Positions 48,142 to 60,946 of a stretch of DNA of 64,000 nucleotides are shown here, piece by piece. Below the pieces are notes generated by a model that saw nothing but the letters and a program-made list of their open reading frames with translations, was not told where the DNA came from and made no database searches. Location: contig NC_087437.1 in the NCBI RefSeq assembly GCF_036321535.1, forward strand, positions 111,292,001 to 111,356,000, in the 5' to 3' direction. The stretch comes from Camelus dromedarius (Eukaryota). The position numbers and the translations under genes are program-made. Each line of letters starts with the position of its first letter. The stretch's first letter is position 1.

Positions 48142-49095
48142 CTTTTCTTATTTCGGAAAAATTTTAGATTCACAAAGATAGTACAAAGAATTCCCGTCAC
48201 CTATAAACTCCTCACCCAGTTTCCCCCATTGTTAACATCTTACATTATCAGAGTGTATTTGTCACAACTAAGAAACTGATGTTGGTGCATTACTATTAAC
48301 TAAACTCTAGATACTTTGTTTGGATCTTACCAGTTTTCCCATGAACGCCTTCTTTCTCTTCCAGGATCCAATCCAGGGAACCACATTGCATTTAGTTGTC
48401 ATGTCACCCCAGTCTCCTCTGGTCTGTGGCAGTTTCTCAGTCTTTTGTTGTTTTTCAGGAACTTGAGAGTCTGGAGGAGTACTGACCAGGTGTCCTGTAG
48501 AATGTCTCTAATCTGGGCTTGTCTGTTGGTTTCCTTGATTAGACTGGGATGTGTATGGGTCCTTGTAAGGAGAGGAGAAGTGCTCTTCTCATCACCTTAC
48601 ATGGTGATGACATGGCCCTCAGTTATTTGGTTAAGGTAGGTTTTGCCAGGTTTCTCCATTGTCAAGTTCCTGTTTTTCCCTTTCTCTACTATAGTTTTTA
48701 GAAGTCAGTGACTAAGTGGAAAGAGGTGGAATCGAGCTCTACCTCCTGGAAGAAGGAGTATTACACACATTATTTGAAATTCTTCTTTAAGGAAGATGTA
48801 TCTCTTTCCTCCCATTTATTTATTCTTTCAATCACTTATTAATATTGGTATGGACTCAGGGACATCTGCTCTGTACTTTAAGTTATAACTCAATATGCAC
48901 AATTTATTTTGTCGCCCAAATTGGTCCAGTCTTGTCCATCAATAACTTTCAGATTGGTTCCTGTGTCCCCTTGATATGCTTCTTTTCTTTTGTTTTTTGA
49001 GCACTCCCTTATTTTCTAGCACTCCTAGGTGCTCCAGGCTCATCTTGTGTTTTCTCTGCCCCAGTCCTAGAATCAGCCATTTTTCTAAGGAGCTC
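48142..49095 (-). mobile_element. Old L1 (L1MC-like) 3' UTR
   Basis: ccaggatccaatccaggg..cacattgcatttagttgtcatgtc..gctccaggctcatcttgtgttttctctgccccagtcctagaatcagccatttt. Confidence 0.75.
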
Positions 49096-49104
49096 TGATT
49101 CATT

Positions 49105-49985
49105 ATGTACTTCCGAATGCCACCAACAGTGTCAAGTCCAATTCCTTTTTGAGTGGATTTAAAAAATACTTCAACAACCAAAAGTCATTTGGAATCTTAT
49201 CTGGTGAAATAGTTTGGTAATAGAGTCAAATAACGATGTGACAGAATGTAAGTGGTGAGCCAAAGCAATGCCGGTGGTGAGATGCAAATCATAGACAGTC
49301 TTTAAAAAAAGTATTTAACATTTCCCAATCACTTTTCTGTTTATGCATAAAAAAAATCTGATCAACTCTCAGCTTTTGCGAGATGAATTGAGCATGAACA
49401 ATGTCACTGATGTAAAAAAAACAAATGAATACTTCCTTTTTGTTTTGAAATGAGTGCTTTTCCTCAGACTTAGGGTTGTTGAAGTTTTCTACCACAAACG
49501 TTGACACTTAAGCTTCTGGATCATAATAGAAACACCATGTTGCATGATCAGTTACTATTTTTCTCAAAAACATGTGTGGTTTCTTTATTTCTTCAAACAC
49601 CCCTTGAAAAGTCAGAGCAAATGCCAAGGGTTTTTGCTTTTAAGTTCATCAATCAAAATCCTTGGCAAGTTTTCACAGAAATTTCCCTGGTGTTCAAGTC
49701 CTCTTGCATCTGAATGTAACACTTGAGCCGTCATGCTCACAATTAATTGTCCAACGTGCTGACCTTTCAGCATTTCCATTGCTCTTCTGAGTGACAAGGC
49801 AACTCCCCCCTGCTCCATCGCTGAACCGTCTCCTTCCTTTCTTAAATCTTCCATGACAATCAAAAACTCTCTTCTTTGCCATCTGTTCTTGGCTTTTTTT
49901 CCAAATGCTTTAAAAAAAAAGTCAAATGTCTAGCTTGCTCATTGTTTTTTTGTTTTTTTTTAATGCAAAAATTTGAGACTCTTTG
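49105..49985 (-). mobile_element. Decayed Tc1/mariner (mariner-type) transposase, HTH region through the third catalytic Asp motif
   Basis: Minus-strand motifs in correct order: VFDCHGRFKKGR, NLPRILIDELK, FLRKIVTDHATWCFYYDPE, ICFFYISDIVHAQF, SPDKIPNDFWLL (49207-49172), KSTQKG; multiple stops and frameshifts. Confidence 0.85.
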
Positions 49986-50235
49986 CTCCTAAAACCACCA
50001 TCATTTTTACTCAGGCATGAGGCAGCAGTCACGTCCTCTTCAACCCTCTGGCACAGACCTGCCTGCTTGGTGTAGGAGGTCCTGCTGCCTCCAGGCAGAC
50101 AGGTTACAGCAAGCCCCTTTGAAGATCTGTCTTTGACTTCCAGTCTCACAGGGCACCCCTTTGGATTCACAGAAATCCACTTCAGTGGATGGGCAGATAT
50201 TCATGGAGCAAACACGTAGAAGTGTTTATCTTGTC

Positions 50236-50741
50236 TGTGATGATTAATTTTACCTGTCAACATGTCTGGCCACAAAGTGCCCAGATTCATCATTATTTTG
50301 GGTGTGTCTGTGAGGGCGTTTCCAGATGAGATTAACATTCAGATCAGTGAACTCAGAAAAGCAGACGCTCACCTCCCCGATGTGGATGGGATCATCCAAC
50401 CATTGAGGGTCTGGAGAGAACCAAAGGCGGAGGTAGGAGAGATTCTCCCCCTTTTTTTTTTTTACTGCCTCACTGCTCAGCTGGGACACCTCATCTCATC
50501 TTCTCTGGCTATTGAACTAAGATTTACACCAGATGCTTCTCTGGTTCTCATGTCTTTGGATTTGGATGAAATTATATTACCAGCTTTCTTGGGTCTCTAG
50601 CTTGCAGAGGGCAGACTGTGGGACTTCTGTCTCCATAATCACAGGAGCCAATTCCTCATAAAAAAATCTCTCTCTCTCTCTCTTTCTATATATATGTATA
50701 ATCTATTGGTTTTCTTTCTCTGGGGAACCCTGAATAATACA
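50236..50741 (+). mobile_element. ERVL solo LTR (MLT2-like), complete
   Basis: tgtgatgattaatttt...gggtgtgtctgtgagggcgtttcc...(CT)n(AT)n...gaaccctgaataataca. Confidence 0.9.
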
Positions 50742-51091
50742 CTCTCCTTAGAAGGACCACATGTCATCTGGCGAGGAGCCACCCCCAGAAATTCCCCACA
50801 AAGCTGTCCGTACACCACAGTGAGCCACTCCAGTCCTGCCCTACATTGACCCCACACAGTTCCAACTTGGATCTGTTGTCTCTTTCACTTCTCATCCCAA
50901 TAGATCCAAATTTATTAAAGATGCCCTCACATTCGCTGCCTCCGTCTCTTCATGCTGTTCCATCCAGCAGGCATCACTGTCTTCTGGCATCTTCTCCTGT
51001 CTCTTCCCTGAAAGTGTTCTCCAGCATCATTAGAAACTTCCTCCTTGCCAAACACAATGAATGTTTTTTGTTTATTTCACTGGACTCTCTC

Positions 51092-51434
51092 TCTTACGGA
51101 CTGAATCAAGCCCCCCACCTCCCAAATTCATGCATTGAAGCCCTAACCCCAATGTGACTGTACTTGAAGAGAGGACTTTTAAGGTGGTAATTAGGGGTAA
51201 ACAGGGTTATAACGGTGGGCCCCAAATAGGGTAAGACTAGGGGGCCTTATAAGTAGAGGAAAATACACCCTGGATGCAAAAACACAGAGGAAAGACCATG
51301 TAAGGACACAGTGAGAAGACTGACATCTATACAAGTTGTGGAGACAGACCTCAGGAGACACCAACCCTACTGACCAACCCTGACTTCCAGCAATCTGTGG
51401 TATTTTGTTACAGCAGCCTTTGCTGACTCATACA
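51092..51434 (+). mobile_element. MaLR solo LTR (MLT1B-like)
   Basis: ggactgaat...ttgaagccctaacccc...tgtggtattttgttacagcagcc...gactcataca. Confidence 0.8.
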
Positions 51435-51559
51435 TTTTTTTTCCCCTAGAAACTCTCTACTCTCCCAGTCCTGTGATTCTCCTCTCATCTCTTTGACTCT
51501 CCCTTCTTGGTCTCCCTCTGGATTTCCTCTTCTCTCACCTGCTTTATAAATGTTGGTGT

Positions 51560-53055
51560 TCCACCTCCCACCCTCACCTCCCAGCCATCACACTTAACTT
51601 TCGTTGTTTAAACTCCTGAAGTTGTTAACATCTAGATCCTCCTGAACTTCAGACGTGAGTGTCCAATTTCTGGCTGGAAATCTCAGCTATCCCTTAGGTA
51701 CCTCAAAGTCAGCATGTACAGCTCCAGAAGGACCAGTGTCCCACCTAAATCTGCTCTCTTTCCTCTATTCTCTCCTTTCTTCTGCACCGAGGTCCCCGGG
51801 GCCAGAATCCTGGCTGTCATTCTTGATTCTTCCCTTTTGGCTCCAATGTTCAACCAGTCTCAGGATCTTGCTTTTTTCATCCTTTCACTGTAACCACTTC
51901 CTTTCAATAGCCCTTACAACAATCTTTATCATTTTGGGTCAAGCTTATTGCAACAACTATCTAACTGATCTGAAATCCATCCTTTGTCCTCTTGGCCACT
52001 GCTTTTCCTAATGTTAAACTCTGACCATGTCACTCACCTGCTTAGGGCCCCTCATTGGCTCCCTAACACCCATAGGCTAGACTCCTCTCTGCTTAGCAAG
52101 AACACAGGGCTCAGTGCAATCTGGCCCCTGCCTGTCTTCCAAGCTCAACTCTCACCGTTCCTTGCCTATAACTTCGTGCTTTAGCCATGCTCAGCTGCTC
52201 ATATTTCCCTGCATGTATCTGCTGTCTCCGGTGCTGGGTGGGCCCTCTCTCTCACTTTTCCTGTCCATTTTCTAAGACTATGGCCAATGTTCTGTCCCCA
52301 AGGAGATATCATTGTCCCCATTCCTACCCTCCTGGAATGGGTCCCCACATGCCTGTTTTTTATTGTTGCTCTAACAAACAACCACAAACTTAGCGGCTTA
52401 AATGATACAAATGTATTCTCCTACATCTCTGGAGGTCAGAGGTCTGACATGAGTCCTATGGGGCTAAACTCAAGGTGCTGTCAGGGCTGGTTTCTTCTCG
52501 GGGCTCTGAAGGGAGAATCTGTTTCTCTGTCTTTTCAGCTTCTAGTGGCCGCCTGTATTCCTTGGCTTGGCCACTTCAGAGCACATCACTTCAGCACCTA
52601 TCTCGGCCTCCATCACACCTCTTTTTTCTGACCCTGACCCTCCCCTTCCATTTTGTAAGGACCTTTGTGATTAACTGGCCCCCCTAGATAATCCCGGACC
52701 CTCTCCCCCGTGGTAACATCCTTACATCCTTAATTTAATCACATCTGCTACGTTCCTTTTGCCATAAAATGTAACGCCTGTAGGTTCTGGGGATTATTAA
52801 GATCTTTGGGGGGAGGGCGTTATTTAGTCAAATGCAGTGGCCCTCTCTGATTCTCCTGTAACTGTTGGTGCATATCCTGAGCACTAACTTACTGTGTTAG
52901 TTTACAGTTGTCTGTTTCTGCATCTGTCTTGCCCCTTCTACTCACAGCTGCTCTTCAAGCTTCAGAACCATAGCTTTCTCATCTTGTATTCCCAGGCCCA
53001 GCTGGGCCTGGAGCATGATAGGCATTTGGCCAACATTTGTTGCACAATGACATGA
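51560..53055 (+). mobile_element. L2 3' region interrupted by a minus-strand MaLR LTR (about 52350-52838)
   Basis: L2: cctcaaagtcagcatgt, ctgaccatgtcactcacctgctta, catttgttgcacaatg. LTR: taacaaacaaccacaaacttagcggcttaa...ttaatcacatctgc. Confidence 0.7.
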
Positions 53056-53970
53056 ATAGAGATCTGACCCTGGTTTTAAGACCTGATCTTTGGCTGGACT
53101 TGATGTGTGCTGAGTTCGCTCAAGAATTTAGTAGTTTAGAGAGAAAAGGGCACAACAAGTTGTTTCCCCCCGTAACTACCCCCCTCCCCCACCACCAAGC
53201 CCAGAGAGCAACACGCACGACTTTAAAGGGGCTGGAGGTCAGGATGCACAGACAGGGCAGCCCTGCAGAATCGGGGTGGGGAAAGCGCCCCGCAGGTCCT
53301 TCCTTCCCACACAGGGGAGGTTTGAGGTTTGGAGATGTTAGTATTGTGAGTTTTTCATGTTGCCAAACCACTCAGAGCTGGAGCTCGTGATCCCGTTTGG
53401 ACCCACCAACTACCCTCCCCATTGTGATGTGTGGGCTATGAATTCCCTTGATTCTGGGCCAAACCATCTGCTGTGGATTTGGGCCACCTGCCAGTCCTCC
53501 CAGGGCGGGAACCTGGTGCCCTGATCTGGGGCCATGCCCAAGCACCCCACTGACCTGGGAAATGCAGGACTGCATAACAGCTGTTTAGAAAGGTTACCCC
53601 AGGGCCACATGTCCTGTCCTTTGGCCTCCCAGTGTGGCTGGTGTCTAGGGTCCTGAAGGTCATCAGGTCCCATGGTCCCTGTTTTGGGCTGTGGCCATGA
53701 TGAGCTGGGAGAGGGGCGTTCCAAGTGGTTGTCAGTATTAGGAGTCAGTTTTTTGGTGAGCAATCCATCAGACTTAAAAAATAATAATGCAAAAGGGCTG
53801 GAGATGACAAACTTGTGTCTTTGAGGTTGACATGGGAAAACAGCCATTTCAGATTTGGGTCCAGGAAGGAGAATTTAACAACAGCTGACGCAAAGGCAGA
53901 GGCTGCCCTTCGGTGGCCTGATGTGGGCTTGTTGGGAAAGCAGCCGCTGGGAAGATGCAGTGAAGCCCAG

Positions 53971-54285
53971 TGTGTAAGTCTCCCAGGGCTCCCATGACAA
54001 AGTGCCACATACTACAGGCCGGGAGGCTTGAACAACAAACAAACCGTCTCACGGGGCTGGAGGCCACAATCCTGAGACCAAGGAGCTGACAGGTTCAGTT
54101 CCTCCGGAGGGCGGTGAGAGGGTCTCCCAGGCCTGCCTCCTAGCTCCTGCTGGTCTTGGGCTCTTCTTGGCTGGGAGATTATCTCTGTAGGGACCTTGTC
54201 TCCAAATAAGGTCACATTCTTTGGTACCGGGAGTTAGGACTCCAACTTATCTTTTTTAGGGGGGAACACAATTTAACCTACAATA
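53971..54285 (-). mobile_element. MaLR LTR (MLT1-type)
   Basis: ccatgacaaagtgccacatact...tctccaaataaggtcacattct...ttaggactccaac. Confidence 0.8.
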
Positions 54286-55109
54286 GCCAGTCAGCTAGGA
54301 AATGAGAATTTTTGCTCAAAATGATGTTTCCTCTGGAGTAAACCTTCCTCCACATTCTGTGGGGTGCGATGTGATGGGGGGGGGGCCGGAAAAGGACAGA
54401 GGAGTCTGATGAAAGACACCAGAGCCCCCATGGAGTGACTGACCTTCATAGAAAAGCTTCCTGATAGCCAGTGACAAGGTCACTAGTCAGCTGGTGACAA
54501 TGACATTCTTCCCTGTTCAGAAGAGAGCATCCCGTCCTCAGCCTGGGCTGTGACCGACACCTTTGTTTTCTTTTCAGCAATTGCTGGTTTTCATCTCACC
54601 GCTGATTAGAGGGACGGTGATTATAATTCCTTCAACAAAATTTTCTTTGTGTTTATAAATATAGATTTATACATCTATAAATATTTATTTATAAATCAGT
54701 TGTGTGCGAGTTGCTGGAGGTCTAAAAATGAGACTCTGTTTAGGCCCTTTAATATCAGAGACTCGTGTTTCTGCATTTGACTAGAAAAACAGCAGAAGCC
54801 TTTTGAAAAGGAAGGGTTTCTTCCCCCCTAATTGGAATAATACGGCTGAATTTTAGCAAGCCTAGAAGATAAGAAAAAAAGGAGAAGAATGTTTCCCCCA
54901 AATCCCACGTCTAAAAACATTTGGTGTATCTTCTTGTAATTCTTTCCTACGCACTCATAAATACATTCTTACCCTGATAGGATTTGCTCACTTTATTTAT
55001 TTTTTTGACTTTTTATTAAAAAAAAAATTTTAGGCTCCTATAAGTTGCAAAACCAGTATGGAGAGGACCACATACCCTTCCCCAGTTTTCCCCAGTGATA
55101 ATATCCTTT

Positions 55110-55830
55110 TTACTCATTAAAATTGTGGTAAAATATACACAACGTAAAATTGACCGTGTTGAAGCACTTTTAACAGTCCCACTCAGTGTCCTCAAGTACA
55201 TTCACATCGTTGGGCAACCATCACCACCATCCATCTCTAGAACTTTCTTCATCGTGCAACACTAAAACACGGTACCCATTGAACAAGAACTCCCATCACC
55301 CTTCTCCCAAGCCCCTGACCACAGCCATTCTACTTTCTGTCTCTGAATTTGACTGTTCTAGGCACCTCACAGATGTGGAAGCAGACAGTGTTTGTCCTTT
55401 GGAGACTGGCTTATTTCACTTAGCATAATGTCTTCAAGGTTCACCTGGCCTGTAGCACGTGTCAGAATTTCCTTCCTTGTTGAGGCTGAATAATAGCGCA
55501 TTGCAGGAATGGACCACATTCTCTTTATCTAGTCATTTGTTGATGGACACTTGGGTTGGTTTCACCTCTTGGCTATTGTGATTGATGCTTCTATAAACAC
55601 GGGTGTACAGATGTCTCTTCATGATCTGGCTGTCACTTCCTTTGGCTGTATCCCCGGAAGTGGAATGGTAATTCCATGTTTAGTTTTTTGAGGAACTGCC
55701 ACACTGTTGACCACAGCGGTGGCACCATTTTACATTCCCATCAGAGACACACAAAGGGTCCAGTTTCTCCACATCCTTGCCAACACTTGCTACATTCTAT
55801 CATTTTGTTAATAGTCATCCTAATGTTTGG
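55110..55830 (-). mobile_element. L1MB-like 3' end nested in an older L1 fragment
   Basis: aaattgtggtaaaatatacac...ctggcttatttcacttagcataatg...; TSD ccagtgataa(t/c)atc(c/t)t at 55092-55107 and 55833-55848. Confidence 0.85.
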
Positions 55831-57121
55831 GTCCAGTGATAACATCTTATATAACCACAGGGCAATATCAAGATATATGATTTTTTTTAATTATCTTTTT
55901 CTTTTTAACTGCATATGCAATTTGTGTGGCCACTAGCTTTATTTACGTAACAAAATATAGATACATAACAAAAGCATTTGGCCCTGCCTCTAAAACCTCC
56001 CCATAAATACTGTTATCCTTGGCTGCCTCATACTCCTCCGAGGCGCTGTGGCTTCCCTGCCATGAGTGGTCTTACAAGGAGCAGCCTCGTGGTGCTCACT
56101 GTGCCCAGGCTGCAAAGCCAGCAGGTCACTGGGTGACCTCCTGAGCCTGATGACCTGGAGCGGGGACGCCAAAGGGGAGAACCGAGGCTTCCTGATACGT
56201 GATGCTCCTTTTCAGCTTATTGGTGCAATAAGCCGCCAGGCTTGGAACTATCACACTAGGAGGCCCACAGGGCATCCTGATTCCTAACACATGTTCTTGA
56301 GGCTCAGAAGGAAAAGAACCGGCTGGGGTCAGCTTTGGTCTGGATGAGGTTTAAGCTAACAGTGGCTGATTGCAGAGGCAGCGTTGTTCCAGTAGAGACC
56401 CTGTCTGACCTGGACATCGAAGCCAGGGCAGTTGGTCCTGAGGACCTCAGCAGCAGCTGCCCTTGCTGGCTACACTCACTAGAACAGCCTTCCACCACCT
56501 GGGGCCCTTACAGCCACGCCCCCGAGTCCATAATTACACAGCCCTCCTGGCTTGGTTTCCTGTGGCTGCCATAAAGATGTACCACCAACTGAGCGGCTTA
56601 GAACACAAACATCATTCTTCTGCAGTTCTGGAGGCCAGAAGTCTAAAATCAAGGAGTCTCAAACTGAAGCTCGTCAGTCTCATGCAGATTGCTTAATCTC
56701 CCTGCACCACACTTTGCTCATCTGTAAAATGGGAGGATATTGGCAGCGGGGGACGTTCTTGGTGTCCAGAGCTCCAGGGCTCCCTTTTACCCATTCCGGG
56801 CGTGCATCCCCCAGCCTCTGCGTGCTTCGCTCCTACCTGCTTGCACCTGTGACCTTCGGACGCCTGCTGCTGGATCCGCTTCACCTGCAAGGGCACTGAG
56901 GGGAAGTGCCTGGGAGTTCACGCCCCTGCAGGTGGCCCATGGCCCGGTGCTGACTGGTGCACTTTAGAAAGAAGGCAAAGAGCAATGGCCTTCCCATGGT
57001 GGGAGGGGGCCTGCAGTACACACGCTTGTGGCTTTCCAAGCGGGGAAGCGGAGGGCATGGGGACCTCCAGGTAGGGTAATGACCTGTCCTGGTTTTCCCT
57101 GGACTTCCCCATTTTCACACA

Positions 57122-57520
57122 AAGTCTATTGGCCTGCTGGGGCCACCGTAACAAAATAGCCCAGGCTAGGTGTCTTGGACAGCAGACATTTATTTCCTCG
57201 CAGTCCTGGAGGCTGGAAGTCCAAGATCAAGGTGCTGGCAGGGTTAGTTTCTGGTGAGGCCTCTCTTGCTGGCTTGTAGAGGGCTGACTAGCTATGTCCT
57301 CACGTGACCTTTTCTCTGTCCCAGTGCAGAGCGGGATCCAAAGACTCTTCTTGTAATGACACCAGGCATATAGGATTGGAGCCCCACCCTTATGACCTCA
57401 GTTAACCTTAATTACCTCCTATAGGCCCTGTCTCCAAATCCAGTCACACCAGGGCTTAGGGCCTCAACATAAGAATTGGAGCGGGGAGGGAGCAGGGAAG
57501 ACGCAAGTCCATCCTTAACA
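57122..57520 (-). mobile_element. MaLR solo LTR (MLT1A-like)
   Basis: cagacatttatttcctcgcagtcctggaggctggaagtccaagatcaaggtgctggcaggg...ccccacccttatgacctc. Confidence 0.88.
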
Positions 57521-59810
57521 TCCCGCGCGAAGGCTGGTCACCGATACATTAGCAGGACACACAGCCTAAAAGGCAGCCTAATCCTGCTTTGGCCTCCACT
57601 CGATGCCTCTGTGATCACATGTATGACGTGGGACCCTCGCCTTGGCTGCCACAGGTGTACCTGGCGCTGCTGCTGAGGGCCCCCCTCCCCGTCTCTCCCC
57701 CAGCCTGACCTCTCTTTTTGGCAGCTGATTGCAGCCGCAGGGAGTTTGAGCCAGGAGTGTGAGTGGCAGGGGCGTCCCTGGCATTGCCCCCTTCCAGCGT
57801 GACCAGTGGGGAGGTTCCCAGAGGAGTTCACGCTGGCAAAGGGCAGGGAAACTATGAATGAAAGGCAGCCTCTCAGACATCCTAATCAGCTGCCTGGAAT
57901 CGGCATGTCGCCCTGGCGCCCAGCCTGTCCCCATCCACATGGTGCCAAACAGCTCCTGGGCGGACACAAACGGGAATTTCAAGGCAAGGCCCGTAGCTCT
58001 GGTCCTCTCTGCTGGCTGTGAACCCCAGCTTGTTATTTTCAAAGGCTTGAGGCCAAATGTACCACTGTAGTGAGTTAGACCAGTTTATAAAAGAAGCCCC
58101 CAATAGGAGGTTTTGCCAGCATTTCTGTTTCACGTCATCCTGCTATTTGATTGAAATATTTTGGTGAACTTCCCTGATGGTCACACTGGTGGGGGCCAGG
58201 GAAATCTCACCAAATCTTCTTGCATTCATACTGGGAAATGATTCCAGAAGTCTTAATGCAATGCAAGAATTTCTCTCCCTTCATCTCATTCAGGATGATT
58301 GCAGACCTTTTCAAGGGATCTGCCAGGTTCCTTGTGGAAGGCGACCCTCACTCATCCTGCATTCCTGACACTTTGCAGAGCTGTCACTTTATGAGGTAGG
58401 ATGTGGAAAGACCCCTTCACAAGAGAAATAAATGCCTTATGGCATTTCTGCAATGCTGGAAGTTTCAAGTTCATTTCTTAACTTTCTTCTTTCCTGGTGG
58501 GAATAGGAGACTGAGAAGGGAAGGAAGTAGGAAACGGTTTTCGGAGGATCGAATAAAAATCAGTTCTTCAACAAGTGAGGAATGGAGGGGACACGTGGAA
58601 GTTCCATCGTGTGTATTTCTGCTCACAGGTGATGCTAGGTGGTTTCAGCTTCATTTCAGAGGGGAACCCAACCAGAAAGTTCTCAGCTGAGCCCCCACAT
58701 CTCAGTTTTCTCTAGGCATGGAAGGAGAAAAATCTAACAAAGACTGTACCCTGAACAGCTTATTAGTTCTACTACCCAGACTCCAGTGGACACATGAGCA
58801 GGCAGGACTGGGTCGGGGCAGAGGCAGGGAGCGGAGTCCAAGGAAGGAAGAAAGAGAAGGGTCTGGGTAGCACAGAGATGGCATAATTTCCTCTTGCAAA
58901 ACTCAGTGCTGGTTGTCGGCTCTGATTTCTCCAAATGAAATCTCCACATGATAACTGCAAAGAAAAAATGACTATCATCTCTCAAGACTGCCTTGAGTTA
59001 TGATTTCAATAAACCCTGGATACCATGCTTTTATTAAATCACCAAATACCTGCAACTTTTGTTGGTACAATAGTATTATTTCACTATCATAAAAAAGAAC
59101 TCTGAAATCAGAATCATGTCCATCTTAAGGCAGACCCAGGGAATTATATGCTTGAAAGTCTCCTTATCTGGAAGAGTTGAGACCATCTCCCTCAGTTGTT
59201 TAAAACCCTCCAAAAGAATTGTGTCATTGTTTTTAATTCCCATTTCCGGAGTTCCTAATGATACTGAGCATCTTGTATTTACTGGTCATTTGTATTTTTC
59301 CCCGAGCCTTTGGCCCACATCTCTTTCCTCAGCGCTCTCCTGGAACCATTTTGGAATTATTGGGGATTATTAAGGAAAAGATGAGAAGGGAGTGGGGATG
59401 ATGCTGGGGAGTGGGCAGCAGGGATGAGAGGAGGAAGGTTCTGAAACCCAGTCTCCTCCCCTAGCAACCAATCACCTCCCACTCTTTTGGCTAATTCCTC
59501 CCCACCTTATTCCCATTTTTTCCTCCAAGGCCAAGTCCAGTCTCTTAGGGAAGATCTCTCATCTCCTAAGATTTATTTTCCCAACGCCTTTCTTTCGCAA
59601 GCATTTGACCTGGAGAGAAAGGAACTTTAGTCCTGGATCCTGACTCCTGTCTTGGGTAGAACTCTGCTGAGGACATCTCATCACCAGGGCATGGTGATCC
59701 TGTCTCATTTAAAAAGTGAAATACTAGTATTTTAATTGATATGAAACAAAAGAGGTACCCGAATCCTGGCTTCATGATTTTTCCTTCCCCCATGGGAATC
59801 ACCAAGGCAC

Positions 59811-60701
59811 CTAGAAATTGAGGAGAAATTTACCAGCCTGTGCAAAAAAGTAAAAGCTGCAGATCAGGACTGTGACCTCTATAAGAAGATGGCCGAGGAC
59901 TTGAGCAAAGAACTGGAGAGAACCACTTCCTCCCATCAGAAGGAGATCTGTATCCATGAGGAAAGAGCCCAGCATGCTGGATAGCGGCTGTGGCGATGGG
60001 GAGAAAGCTGGAGGACCTGAGAGAAGACAATGACCGCAAGTGGCAGATGTTGGCCGGATGGAGTCCAAGTTCCAGCCTTTTCCCAAGGGTCCTTGTGCTC
60101 CAGCTGCTCCACCTGCAGCCCACAGCTGCGGGCAAGCGAGGGCACTTCCTGGACCCCTGGGCCCCCAGGGAACTGGAGGGTTAGGGCCCCGCCGTGAGGG
60201 CTCAGGGATCTGAGGTCACCTGCAGGCTTCACTCATTGTCCACAGCAGCCGAGTCCTGAACACTCAGAACTGCAGCACAACATCCTCATATGTTTTCTCT
60301 TTCAAGCAACCTTGATGTGTCTCTAGTTTAGCTGCTATTTTTTGATGTTACGGTTGCTCTTATTTAAGTAGATACAGCATTATAATCTTAAGATAATATT
60401 TTAAAATAAAGTTTAATTTCATACAATTTTTATGAATTCTTTGTCTCAAACTATTTTTAACATAATTCTTATGAATACATTATTTTCACAACATCGGACC
60501 CTGTAGAATTAGTTAAGTACTACTGTAGTATTTTTACTTAAATAAAATGTTCACTATTACTCTGTCCTTCACTGAAGTTTAACTAACATGGAAACAGAGA
60601 TGATTTTAATAATAGAGATGATTTTTGTATGAGCTGTTATTAGAAGTCTGTACAAGTAACATTTAAGTGAACAAATTTTGATTGATTTTTTAAAAAAACA
60701 A
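59811..60701 (+). pseudogene. 5'-truncated cTAGE/MIA2-family processed pseudogene (coiled-coil and Pro-rich remnant, two frameshifts, 3' UTR, A-rich end)
   Basis: LEIEEKFTSLCKKVKAADQDCDLYKKMAEDLSKELERTTSSHQKEICIHEERAQ /fs/ WIAAVAMGRKLEDLREDNDRKWQMLA /fs/ MESKFQPFPKGPCAP...EGSGI* (TGA 60211-60213) parallels recalled cTAGE5 YRKRAKDLEEELERT..HEKKAHDNWLAA..DLRKEN. No introns; AT-rich UTR with AATAAA at 60405; A-run 60692-60701. Confidence 0.8.
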
Positions 60702-60922
60702 TTGGGAAAAAACCCTAAACAGCAACAACACTCCATTCAAACTTTTTAATAATTTTAATAAATTAGTCCTAAAGTTGCAGACTAATCTTGAGGAGTTAAA
60801 ATTTTGCAGCCATTTTTTTGCAAGGTAAATTTTTAAACCTTTTCTGTTTTGTTTAAGGTATTGTTTGTTCTTTAGAGGGTTCTAAATTTTGCAGTTATAA
60901 TAAAAGTTCTCCCTTGATGTAA

Positions 60923-60946
60923 CACACACACACACACACACACACA
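60923..60946 (+). repeat. (CA)12 microsatellite
   Basis: Direct reading. Confidence 0.97.

Noticed and set aside
59790..59810. Possible TSD (tgggaa..acc) around the cTAGE-like retrocopy, matching about 60703-60715
   Set aside because: Match too short and degenerate to claim.
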